Source: Eledone cirrhosa (Eukaryota). Taken from it: DNA of 64,000 nt. The position numbers were made by a program, and so were the translations under genes. The stretch is taken from contig OZ024740.1 in the NCBI GenBank assembly GCA_964016885.1, positions 56,048,001 to 56,112,000 of the forward strand, read 5' to 3'. The notes under the pieces were generated by a model. It was not told where the DNA came from, did no database searches, and saw only the letters and a list, made by a program, of their open reading frames with translations. Position 1 is the first letter of the stretch. Every line of letters starts with the position of its first letter. Positions 27,501-39,776 of this stretch are shown here, one piece after another.

Positions 27501-28228
27501 TCGGGTTGGTTGTTTTCTCCGTGTATGTTTCCCAGAATCTGATTTTTCGACTGCAATCTGGGAATCCGTTGCAGGACGCGCTCCTTGTTTAACCGCGCGA
27601 CGAGCGCTGCGGGATGAACATCGAAGGATTTGTCATATTTAGCTTCCATTAGCTGGATATACACTTGCGGTCGCTACTCCATACAAGTGAAAGCAGTACT
27701 CTGTATTAGAACGGTTGTGCCTCACCGAAACATCAAACAATAGTTGATATGATCGCCTTGCCACTAGTAGTATGAACCAAATTCACAGTTACTTGATGAT
27801 TGTCTTATCTACTGATCCGACATCCTGCTTACCAATGTCGTCGTTTAACGCAGTCAGGATTGGTTTGACAGATTGCCTATCAAGGACAAAGAGCTCTGTC
27901 CGCCCCGGCTTTGAAATCAAAGTGGTCTCTCTCCTAGACACATTGCCGACCAAGGCTACCCTATATACACTATATACTATATACATTGCCGACCAAGGAT
28001 ACACTATATACACCATATACATATTTACACAATTTTTGGAGGGCGTTGACTCATATGAGTTCTTCCGCCCTTTGTCAGGTTTTGTTTTTGTCCTGCAGGA
28101 TATCCAAAATCAGCCTCCTCACCAAGTAAACTTGATGGGGTGGCCGGTTCGGTCGCCGACGACTCCACCGTGCGACAGGTTGTACTGGGTTACATGTTAC
28201 CAGTAGCACTCGAGAGTGGCCTGACATT
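24597..28228 (-). mobile_element. Near full-length decayed non-LTR retrotransposon (APE endonuclease + RT, RTE-like)
   Basis: IGGVFNA, QLDYIIIN, SDH (APE); NYRGITL, FIDFSKEFDSI, GVLQGDTLAP, YADE, FKYLGS, LRFAGHC; several frameshifts. Confidence 0.92.
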
Positions 28229-28231
28229 ATA

Positions 28232-28316
<85 letters not shown>

Positions 28317-28555
28317 GTGAGGTTTTTTTTACAAAATGAAAAATAGCCGAGGTGTCCTACACGAGTGAAAGTATAAAGAAAAAAAGATGAAATCGAAAAT
28401 GCAACTGGAGTCTTATTTTTTTAAAAATATATATATATTTATTTGGTTCCTTTACCGGTTTCGCAGTTCTTCTGCTTTTCAAAAGTGGAGTTGAGATGGA
28501 GGGTCTGTGGTTTTTCTCACATCCTATATATATAATATATAAATATATATGTAGA

Positions 28556-28673
<118 letters not shown>

Positions 28674-28735
28674 TGTGTGTATAGAGAGAGATTTATATAT
28701 ATATATATATATACACACGCATATGTATGTGTGTT

Positions 28736-28766
<31 letters not shown>

Positions 28767-28804
28767 ATTTATATATACACACACACACACATATATATAT
28801 ATAT

Positions 28805-29165
28805 AGGAGGCGGTTGTAGTTCACTTGAAGCATTGTGTAATGAGGTATAAACGTTTGGAGTTGTAAGGCCAAGACAATGCAGGTATGGATATAGAATATA
28901 AATGCAAATGCAAAAGATATTGTTGACAATTAGTCTTTTACCTTAAATTTCGAGATAAAATCTCTTCTTCGGAGGGAAGTAAAGGGGTTAATCCATCCAG
29001 TGTTCTAATTAGCTTGCCAAGTCATGCTGACAGGAAATGGTATAGAGATTCCATTCTATCTCTAATGTCAAAGAGTGAAGGTTAGATGGATAAAGAGTAG
29101 TCTCGTTTTAAAAGGGGTTTTGTGCATGTATGTTTAGGTGTGTGGGAGAATACGTGAAGGCGTAA

Positions 29166-29249
<84 letters not shown>

Positions 29250-30373
29250 AGTTATGTCTATATGTAAATGTGGGGGCTAGATGCTCTATCATGTTAAAAC
29301 TGCTCTTTGTGTGTGAGAGAGAATAAGTGGAAGTGTAAGCGTGTGTGTGTGTGTGTGCGTGTGCGTGTGTGTGATAGGGGGTGTAGTGTGGGACTAGGTG
29401 CTCTATCATGTTAAAAATTGGGTGTTGAGTTCTAGTCTATTATTGATTGGTGGTCGTGTTTTGTCTATAATCAGTGCTTCCTTAATGCTAAGATTGCCGA
29501 GGTTTCTTTCCTTAGTTTATATCCTAACTGTTATGTTTTTGTCGGTGTTTTTTTCATTTCACTACGTGTTTCTTAAATGAGGAAGCGTTAGTATTGAGGT
29601 GTTCTTTTATTCTTATGTGAAGTGATCTGGTGCTGCTACCTACGTAGAAATTGTTGCATTTGTCGCACTCTAATCTGTATACGACGTTAGCCTGGTGGCA
29701 TAGGTCTGAGTCGTTGATGGGGCAGTTGGCTAGCCTGCAGCGGCTGTTATGTCTGGTTGAATGCCTTTTGGCTAACTGTCCGCGTAGAGAAGGTCCTGAT
29801 TGGGCTAGTTGGATATCTAGTCCCTCTTGTCTGATAGCTCTGCGGGTGGCTGTTGTTGTTTCGTCCCTGAAGTGTGGGAGCTTCAGGAAGCAAGTGTTAG
29901 TGCCTCGGGTGTGGTGTCCTCTGTTGTTTCTGGCACGGTTCGTGGTGGACGTCGGGTATCCGTTCAGTTTGAGTACTTCCAGGAAATGTGTGTCTCGGTC
30001 TCTTGCGTCGGTGCATTTGTTCCGGATACGTGTTAGTTCGTTCCTTATGAATCCGAACTTAGCACCGGCTAGGAGGGCCGATCTGAAATGTACGAACAGG
30101 CTCCTGCCGGCGGCTTTTTTTTATAGGTGTGGATATTACCTTCATCTTTTACCCTGAGTTGGAAGTCCAGTAGGGATAGGGATCCGCGGTCATCGGGTGT
30201 TCCATGCTGAACTTTATACTGGCATCCATGCTGGAGAATCTCGTATATATTTTATCCGCCTCCTCACGGGATGATGTAAGGATGAATATGTCATCTACAT
30301 ATCGGGTGAAGAAGGTATGGGAATGGCAGGTGTTGAGGGCTCGGCATTCTAGCTCGTTCATATAGGTGATAAG
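28805..30373 (-). mobile_element. 5'-truncated decayed Penelope-like element (family C) with 3' HHR at about 28941-28974
   Basis: FTRYVDDIF; minus-strand NVVYRLECDKCNNFYVGSSTRSLHIRIKEH at about 29598-29688; HHR with core mutated to CCGAAGA. Confidence 0.88.
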
Positions 30374-31008
30374 AGCGGTTGCCGCTCTGTATAATCAGTT
30401 CCTGATTAAAACAATAGCGTAAGGTCTTCGAAATGCTTTTAATTAAGCATAAAGTGTTTTGCAAAATACACTATGTATACATTCATATATATATCGCTAT
30501 TTCAGAGCACCAATTCTAATTTTAAATTTCTGCTTTACCGGCAACCGCTCTGTATAATCAGTTCCTCATTAAAACAATAGCGTAAGGTCTTCGAATTGCT
30601 TTTAATTAAGCATACAGTGTATTTCAAAATACACTATATATACATTCATATATATATCGCTATTTCAGAGCACCAATTCTAATTTTCAATTTCTGCTTGA
30701 CCGGCAACCGCTCTGTATAATCAGTTCCTGATTAAAACAATCGCGTAAGGTCTTCGAAATGCTTTTAATTAAGCATACAATGTATTGCAAAATGCACTAT
30801 ATATACATTCGTATATATATCGCTATTTCAGAGCACCAATTCTAATTTTCAATTTCTGCTTGACCGGCAACCGCTCTGTATAATCAGTTCCTCATTAAAA
30901 CAATAGCGTAAGGTCTTCGAAATGCTTTTAATTAAGCATACAGTGTATTGCAAAATACACTATATATACATTCATATATATATCGCTATTTCAGAGCATC
31001 AATTCTAA
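30374..31008 (+). repeat. Tandem array of about 3.9 x 163-bp units with a degenerate hammerhead-like motif
   Basis: ccgctctgtataatcag at 30382, 30545, 30708, 30871; CTGATTA...GAAA-TGCTT(ttaatt)AAGCA-TA. Confidence 0.9.
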
Positions 31009-31026
31009 TATATATATATATATATA

Positions 31027-31294
31027 TTAGGGTAAATATTGATGCAATTCAATTCAAGCACTCAACGTACTTTTTCCACATAGGAGTGACGGAGTAAATA
31101 TCGAATAAGGAAAAGCGAAGTAGTTTCAGATGTTCAAGTCCTTTAATAATAATGCTGTGATATATATTTCAATGACGACACTGGCCACACTGTTCTGAAC
31201 AGAACAGTGTGGCCAGTGTCGTCATTGAAATATATATCACAGCATTATTATTAAAGGACTTGGACATCTGAAACTACTTCGCTTTTCCTTATTC

Positions 31295-31296
<2 letters not shown>
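31027..31296. repeat. Fold-back (palindromic) insertion between (TA)n tracts
   Basis: About 31103-31196 inverted at 31201-31294. Confidence 0.85.
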
Positions 31297-31330
<34 letters not shown>

Positions 31331-31331
<1 letters not shown>

Positions 31332-32765
31332 TAGCAGATTTACCCGGCGTCGCTCGGGGTTTGAAATTATGCTAAGAATATACAGCTAGGAAGTAAAAGA
31401 AGAACATTATTTGTCCCCAACCTGTCAAAATAAGCAGAAGTCTTCAATAATTAATGCCAACGAATATTTAGTGCAATCTTTGTACTCATAAAACTATGCT
31501 GATAATGAAGGAAAACACTGAAAAGGATGTAGTTATACAAATGATTAAAGACAATACACGTTGCAAATCTGCTAAAGTACAAAATGTTGTAATGAAAGCA
31601 GAGTTGTATACAAACAAAAAAAACAATGGGAGTAGAATAAGAGAAAATCTATTCTTTGCTGTGTATGGTTAAATTTTTAACTTATAATCCAAAATATCCT
31701 GCATGACATATTCATTGGTATGTTTTGTAATGAGTAAGGTGAAGTCAAGGCAGAGCTGTAATAAGTTTTTTTTTGTTAACACTAAAGCACTTCAGGATAT
31801 ACGATATTTTTTGTTTTTCTTTTCGGAAAAAACGCAAAGAGATTATCTCGACTGCCAACTCGTGAGCAGGCAACGTAGAATTGTCCGTGCGAAAAGCAAG
31901 ATTCATCCAAGTGAATTCCAGCGACGGACAGAGTTTGACCTTGCGACTTGTTTATGGACATCGCAAATGCAACACGAAGGGGAAATTGGCTTCGGCGAAA
32001 GGAGAAGGGAGTATCCACGCCTGATATAGTCAGGCTAATTTTTGTTATTATCACATCCTTGCCTTTTCCACATCCGGATAGAATGGTAGCGTCAATACTA
32101 AGTGGAGACAGTTTCTTAACCACAAGGCGTGTACGATTGCATAGTTTTGGAGGAGTGATATTTCTCAGCAAAATAACTGGTGTTCCCTCTTTCAGAACCA
32201 ATGTATTAGGAGGTAAACCAGGAGGATTTAAAGAATTTAGAAATTCAACTGGATAATTGACCGCATCCTGTGGATCACATACAGTATCAATAGATTTATA
32301 TATCTGTGGACATCCAGGAAGAAGCTGAAGAAGCTGATCGTTAATACAGCTAACCGTGATGCGAAAATTAACACTTAATATAGTGAAACAAATTAAAACA
32401 AGTGTTTTTTTAACTTTGAAAGTGCAACAAAGAATAAACAAGAAACAAACGATAATATTAGTGATTTATCTTCAAATGAATGTGATGTTTATATCTCTGA
32501 AAAGTTGGTTATCTACCTTTTTTATAAGGATTGTCAATAAATTTGGTTATCTCCCTTACATCAATTTTTCTACCGATAATTTTGATATCGATTTTTTATT
32601 GCTGAACGTGGGTCGATTTGAAAAATGTTTCTGATGTGACAATCTTAGCGACCTGTGCAACGTGCACAGAAAATTTGGTCAAATTCAGTTGGTAATTGTG
32701 AATGCCTTAATCATGTAAAGTTGCACACAGACACACACACATCCTCGCTTTTATATATATAAAGA
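31331..32765 (-). mobile_element. Non-autonomous Helitron carrying a PIF1-like helicase C-terminal fragment
   Basis: Minus strand starts TC-tttatatatataaaa, ends with hairpin cccg..cggg then CTAG, inserted between A and T; ORF has YPVEFLNSL, LLRN, QFPLRVAFAMSINKSQGQTL, FSHGQFYVACSRV. Confidence 0.9.
31782..32350 (-). pseudogene. Helitron helicase (PIF1 family) C-terminal fragment
   Basis: Helicase motifs V/VI (KSQGQT, YVACSRV); no Rep domain or Walker A. Confidence 0.9.
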
Positions 32766-32850
32766 TATATATATATATACATATATATACATATATACAC
32801 ATACATATATACACATACATATATAACACATACATATATATAGATATAGA

Positions 32851-32914
<64 letters not shown>

Positions 32915-32952
32915 AACAACAATACACACACAAATATATATATATATATATA

Positions 32953-33050
32953 TATTAATAAGAGGAATTCCAACTTTGTCTGATTTACTCGTTTTATTTA
33001 TCTAAATAAAACGAGTAAATCAGACAAAGTTAGAATTCCTCTTATTAATA
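32953..33050. repeat. Short perfect-like palindrome next to (TA)n
   Basis: taataagaggaatt..ctcgttttattta | taaataaaacgag..aattcctcttatta. Confidence 0.85.
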
Positions 33051-33093
33051 TAATCTTCTATACACAATCATACACACCCGTGTATATTTACCT

Positions 33094-33180
<87 letters not shown>

Positions 33181-33184
<4 letters not shown>

Positions 33185-33373
33185 AACCAGTAAGACCCCG
33201 ACAGCTGAGCTCAAGCCGTTTCGACGGCTAATTCGTCCAGAATTAGCCGTCGAAACGGCTTGAGCTCAGCTGTCGGGGTCTTACTGGTTCCTATTACCCA
33301 CTCTACTACCTCAAGTATTGAGTACTTTGGTGCGTTATGGTCCACCTGGTTCCTTACCACATTTCCTTCGTTA
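33181..33373. mobile_element. Fold-back remnant (arms 33181-33234 / 33240-33293); relatives at 448-510, 15201-15230, 49711-49878
   Basis: Perfect 54-bp inverted arms; shared ggctgagctc..gccgtttcgac motif; (TA)n flanks. Confidence 0.8.
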
Positions 33374-33397
33374 TATATATATATATATATATATATA

Positions 33398-34094
33398 TTC
33401 CTGTCTCACTCGCTTTACGCGTTTTAATTGTCCTAATAACTTATTTTAGTTATTATTGCACCGACGTGAGGTATATGATTTTTAATGCAATGAAATATCT
33501 ATGATCGTCGGCAAATCACTGATGAGGGACTCATTTTATTACATGTTATCCATGCGCTACCTGCAGTATTTTTCTCCATATTTTATTACATATATTTACC
33601 CAAACTGCGATTCTGTGTTTTTCTCTCTCTCTCTTACTGCTCCCCCATTCTCTCTGTTTCTCCTACTTTCTTTCGCCCCCTCTGTCATGTCAGTTAACTC
33701 TTCCTCACACTTTCACTCACTCACTGTTTCTCCTCTCTTCATTTCATCCCGTACACCACGAAAGCCATATTTTTCTCTCTTCTCACATGGCCCTCGTTCG
33801 TGTAAGGTCTTTTTTCTAAAGCGCTCATATATTCACCTAGCTTATGCTAAACAGAATAATTATGAAGCTTGTTTCATTCCCCTACGGTTAGCTATACTCT
33901 TTGTTGTTCTCCTGTCTCACTCGCTTTACGCGTTTTAATTGTCCTAATAACTTATTTTAGTTATTATTGCACCGACGTGTGGTATATGATTTTTAATGCA
34001 ATGAAATATCTATGATCGTCGGCAAATCACTGATGAGGGACTCATTTTATTACATGTTATCCACGCGCTACCTGCAGTATTTTTCTCCATATTT

Positions 34095-34100
<6 letters not shown>
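33398..34100 (+). mobile_element. Non-coding repeat family X: 511-bp unit plus about 190-bp terminal redundancy
   Basis: 33400-33590 repeated at 33911-34100; structured core at 33461-33525 and 33972-34036; (TA)n flanks. Confidence 0.8.
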
Positions 34101-34132
<32 letters not shown>

Positions 34133-34144
34133 CTGCGATGAATT

Positions 34145-34834
34145 TGTTTTGCGAGGTTTTTTTATATGAAATCGTGTGTCGAAACAAATATTGTTATACT
34201 TGGAGAGGGTCATATTGTTGTAATAATATTGCCAGAAATAATAACAGAACACACTCACTGTATGGTATGCGCAGAGAAGAAGACAAAAATAAATAAATAA
34301 ATAAACAGATAAAATAAAAAAGGCGTAGACATACAATACAACAGGAGTAACATAATAGTACCACTGATGATGTTGCAGTTGTGCAACGAAAGAAATTTGT
34401 TAGACTATATATATGTGTTTATATCTATATTATAGCTGTATTTTTGGCCGTTGGTCGGTCAATGATAAAAATTGAGGACCAAATGAATTAACGGTGGATA
34501 TATAAAAGATACAGGAGCGAAAACCAACCAAACAGTGAGTGTGTTCTGTTATTATTTCTGGCAATATTAGGGCGGTGGATTGGCAGTATCAATAGAGGGT
34601 TGGACGCCATGCTTTGCCGCATAGAGTTACAGACATTTATGATCTGAGTTCAAATCCCGCTTAGGTTAACTTTGCCTTTCATCCTTGCGGGGTCGATAAA
34701 ATAAAGTACCAGTCACGCACTGGGGTCAATTTCATCGATTTTTTCCCTCCCCTCAAAATTGCTGGCCTTGTGCCTATATAAGAAACCATTATTTCTGGCA
34801 ATATTATTACAACAATATGACCCTTCCCAAGTAT

Positions 34835-34840
<6 letters not shown>
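34145..34840 (+). mobile_element. PLE family A 3'-end remnant with inverted arm (34145-34260) and HHR (34362-34399)
   Basis: Homologous to 48430-48808; CTGATGA-t-GTTGCA(gttg)TGCAAC-GAAA. Confidence 0.85.
34570..34787 (+). mobile_element. tRNA-derived SINE nested in PLE remnant with 19-bp target-site duplication
   Basis: attatttctggcaatatta at 34551-34569 and 34788-34806. Confidence 0.9.
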
Positions 34841-34910
<70 letters not shown>

Positions 34911-35043
34911 ATATATATACGGATATATATACCTACGTATAGACTCTTACATATGTACATACATACATGCATACATACATCCATGCATACATACATACAT
35001 GCATACATACATACATACATACATACATACATACATACATACA

Positions 35044-35075
<32 letters not shown>

Positions 35076-36299
35076 AAAACTATTTCATATTAATAGATTT
35101 TGCCATAAATATTCTTTGGCTTTACTATATATAAAACCAATACACTGCTTTCCTCCTGTAGTTATTGGTTTGTTAGTTTAAAGGCTTCAAATAAAAGCTG
35201 TATTATATCTTTAATGTTTCTTTTTATATTTTCTGTCCCCAAACTCCCGAGCTTGGAAGATTTCATTGACATAAATGATCGTAGTTTTTTAATAACAAAC
35301 ATTATGTGTCTTTATTATTGGAATCTCATATAGCTCAGGATTGTTATTGAACTGATGACAGTAGCCTTGTATTATTCGTTTTCTTTTTTACCCTCTAAAA
35401 CAGTTTTGATTGAGCTGACTTGCTATGGAAGACATACCTGACCACATTGTGTTCTATATTTGGTTTACATTATACAATGTCCCCTTTCCCTTTTTTAAGA
35501 CACTAGTGTGTGATTTGAGGAAGATCGGGATGCTCTATTTGACAGGTCGAGTAATAACATTTAAATTCCATCAGTGGATTGTCAAATTTGTGATGCATTT
35601 AAAAAATAGAAGGAAAAAGGGAAAAGAAACCTAGCTAAAATATCTTACCCTAGCAAGTTCATCAGACGTGGTTGTATAGTTAAGATGGTTGCATCGCAAA
35701 TACATGGCTGGAGGTCGATCCAACTGCGCAAAACCTTGGGTTAAATAACTGCAAACATTGCCCTGGGTTGTTAGTTTTATTTGATAGACAGAAGCTGTGT
35801 AGAAAGTCAAGGTCTATATATATATATATATACATATACATGTATGTATGTGTGCCTGTGTGTTCTACTAGAGAACGGGTTGCAGCTGACGGATATCAAT
35901 ATGGCTACCAGCTATGGTGGTTAGTTGCGATATAAGCGGGCTTCTGTCGGACAAGTAAGCAACTTAACAAGGTGAGATGGAGCAATGGGTGACACTCTCA
36001 GCTCCCAAGAAAACTCTCACCACACAAAGATGTAGTTCGACGGGGCGAGTAAAGATCACCTGTAGAAACACCTAGATTTCGCAGGTCTGCACAAAGTACT
36101 AAATTGATAACTGGTGCGAATAAATAACACCACAAAACACTGCTATATGTTCAAAAAGTATAAAGGCCTCCTTACCGCATCGTTCTTTGCGCGGGATAAC
36201 GAATGACGTGTCCAGACCTGAAGTGGAGGGACCTGTTCGAAAATGTATAATGAAGTCTCTATCCAACGCTGCATGAACTGGCGAAGGACCTGCGAGCTG

Positions 36300-39000
36300 T
36301 CTTAGGAGACGTGGGATGGACGCACAAAGGTAGTGTACCCTGAAACCCCAAAGAAGTTCTGGATGCGAGCGCACCTTAAGAATAGCCACTGGAAATCTAC
36401 AACCCTTATGGGTACAGAGAAGGAACTAATGGAAAGGAACAGATGTTATTGGCTTGATATAGTCGGAGATTCCTCAACAAAGTTTCATGGCTCAGGTACT
36501 GTGGATCGGGGTGGAAGATGGATGATGGAAACTCCACTATTTAGGTGTAGTGCCATAAATGAATGTACAGGTGGGAGTGGAGGTAGTCACAAGCACCTAT
36601 GTTTAAGAATGTGTTATTAACTGGTTCCATATGGGGACGGAGGATTGCCTTTTGAAGCGTTGTCTGACAGAAGGTTCACTGGCGGTGGTGAAAGTTTCTC
36701 CGCCAAACAGAATGCCTAAATAGAGATCCTTTCTTGAGGAAGTCGCTGTAGCGTCAGTTGTAGTTAATACTGAGCCATACATCTTAATGGGAGAATTCAA
36801 TGCACATGTTGGTACTGACCTCTTAACATAGAATGAAGTGATTGGAAGGTACGGCGATTTCGATCTAAATTCGAATGGAGAGACTTTATTTGACATCAGT
36901 TCTATTTATGTGTTCTCTATTATAAATACATTCTTCCAGCAGAAAAACTTCCATAAATACACATAATTTAAGGGGAATCGAGGAGAGTGATCAATAATTG
37001 ATTTTGTTAGTTTCTGATCACTTCGTGACTGTGCAAGATATTCCTGAGAGGGTCTGAGCTCTCAACTGATCATCATTTAATTATCTGCAGCTTGGATGAC
37101 CTAAAGCTAAGGAACGCCACAAAACTGGCAAGTGCAGCACGGCCTATAATTGAAAGTGGGAAGCGCTGGGGAAAAGGAATCCGATCAAATTGAATACGTT
37201 GAAACGGGGAGGAGAATGTTTATCCCGACAATTTCAGCTTCAGCTGTTAAATGCTGCGGCCGAAAGCGCCTTGGTGTGGAGTCAAGTGGCAGGAAGATCC
37301 CTTGGTTCAATCAAGAAGTCAAAGATTCCATCCGAGCAAAGATAAAGGAAGCTTATAATTTTTCGCTAGAAAATAGTCGGAGCTACGACAGAAAAGGCGT
37401 CCAACGATAAGACATTGGGAAACTTTGGTGATAAGCTGGAATCCAACTGGAATCAGCAAAAAAGGTATTCTGGCAGACCATCCATCGTCTTCGTAATAAG
37501 ACGCCCTCTCCTTCGCTTGTTGTCAGGAACACGTCTGAGGTTCTCCTCTCTTCAGAGAGATTCCCCTTCGCGAAGTGAAGAGAATACTTTGCTGGTCGCT
37601 TAAATCCGACCACAACAGCATCTTCTGATGTACATGATATACTTCTGGAAGTGATGATAACTAGCCTCCTGATTAGCAATTAAATAGCTTAGATGTGTCA
37701 CGGCTTCTAGGGAGGGTGAAATTCGGTCCGAGATGTTAAAATCCTTAAATAGAGAATGTATTGTGTGGTTGTCTCATGTGTGCCTGGATCTCTGGAAAGG
37801 TACCTAAGTAATGACAATCAAGGTGATAATCCAAATTTTCAAAAAGAGTGAGACAAGAGAGATTGTTCCAATTATAGAGGAATCTCGTTGTTAACCCTCT
37901 CCGGTTAAGTTTATGCTAAGTGCCTGGCCAAGAGAAGTAGGGATATTGTCATGACCAAGCTAGCTGATGAACAGCATGACTTTCACCCCTCACGCAGCAC
38001 AGCCGACAAAATATTCACAGTCAGCAGGTCTTTGAGAAATTATGGGCGTATTGCCAGGACGTGTATACTTGTTTCGTAGACCTCAAATAGACTGCGTTCC
38101 ACGGGAACTACTTTGGAATTTTCTGCAAGAGTATGGGATCGATGGACAGCTTTATGTTATACTGATTTCTTTATACGAATGCCTTGGTATTTCTGTTCGG
38201 ATAAATGGTACTAAAGCATTCATTGTGAGTGTAGAGACTCCGCCATGGGTGCGTACTGTCACCTATCCTGTTTCTTATCTTCATGCACAGGACTAACATT
38301 CGCAGCCGGGTTGGAAGTGGTAACCAGACTGGCAAGTACATGATACGTCGGCTAGAATTTTCAGATGACATGGTACAACTTAACTCGACATGCACTTGAT
38401 AGGTTTGCCCCTGAGTGCTTCACGGCAGGAATGAAAATCAGTGCTGGCGAAGACTGAGACAGTCGCCCTCTCAAAGAAGCTTGCGCATTACACTGTACAT
38501 GTGAGTGTAGTACTAGTGAAATAGTATCTCGGAGTCTTCACGAATAATGGAAGTCCTGAAGCCGAATTAAGTGCAAGAATTGCAGCAGCTGGTACAGTAA
38601 TGCGCCAGCTTCAGCATTCGGTAATCAGAAGAAGGGAAGTAGGTATAGAAGAAAAACTCGCTATCTCCAATTGTGTATCTTTGGAAATGGCTGAAAGAAT
38701 GCGATCTCAGATACAAGCGGCTGAAATAGTTTTTTTCCAATGTTCTTTGGGTTAACGTTACTGGTTAGAGTGCGTAGCACGGAGATGAGGGTTGTTCCAG
38801 GTAGGCTCGCTTCTTCTCCGAATTGAAGGATCACTGCTTCGATACTATGGGCATGGAGTTAGAATGTCTAAGGAAGACTCTGGACAGATTGTATGGGTAA
38901 AAATCAAGCCGCAAGAGACCTAGGGATAGACCCATACCTATTGATGGAGTGTTAGTTGCGCTGAATTATCATGCAGACTTTCCTTGGGCAAGAGCCCATC
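36300..39000 (+). pseudogene. Heavily decayed RTE-like LINE (APE + RT)
   Basis: ILMGEFNAHVG at about 36781, TDH, PWFNQEV, NYRGISLL at about 37870, LRYYGH at about 38836; many stops; limits approximate. Confidence 0.8.
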
Positions 39001-39228
39001 CATTCTACAGTTCCGAATACAGCGTATTTTATCCAGGGAAAGGGAGGGCGATTGAAAAAATGTGAAAGAGGTGTAGAGTAAGAAATGACCCATTATTTGA
39101 CTAGTACTTTATTGTCGACCTCGGAGGAATGAAAGGCAAAGTTGACCTCGGTGTGATTGGAACTCAGAACGCATAGCGCAAACCATTATTTTCGATGTTC
39201 TAACGACTCTGCCTATTCGCAGTCACAC

Positions 39229-39261
<33 letters not shown>

Positions 39262-39407
39262 TACACACATATATATATATATTTTTTTTTTTTTTCCATA
39301 ACCACACACACCCATATATATATGTTTATCCCGAGTTCTTTCCTGATTATTTTCTCCGAATGAATCAGTTCTAGTCCTGTAGAAGCCATTTCTATGTTAT
39401 ATATATA

Positions 39408-39480
<73 letters not shown>

Positions 39481-39736
39481 ATTGTATATTTGATAATATA
39501 CTGCATCTTTATTTAAAAACATTTTGAAGACCATTCGCTATGAATTTTAATGTAGTGACTACGTCACGTACATAGTCTCGGCAAAAGCAAAGGGGGGTAA
39601 TAGACGGTAGTATCATAAGGGGTTGTCAAGAATCTCTAATTTTTCTAGGACGGCAACCCCTTTGTATGTTAAATAAACATACATATATACACATCGTTAT
39701 CTCAGAGTACCAAAACTAATTTACACACACACATAC

Positions 39737-39776
<40 letters not shown>

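Noticed and set aside
28090-28228. HDV-like ribozyme at the 5' end of the RTE-like LINE
   Set aside because: GC-rich hairpins are present and such ribozymes are known in RTEs, but I could not assign a consistent P1/P2/P3 nested pseudoknot on the sense strand.
30374-31008. CRISPR array
   Set aside because: Whole 163-bp units repeat with no unique spacers; eukaryotic context, no cas genes.
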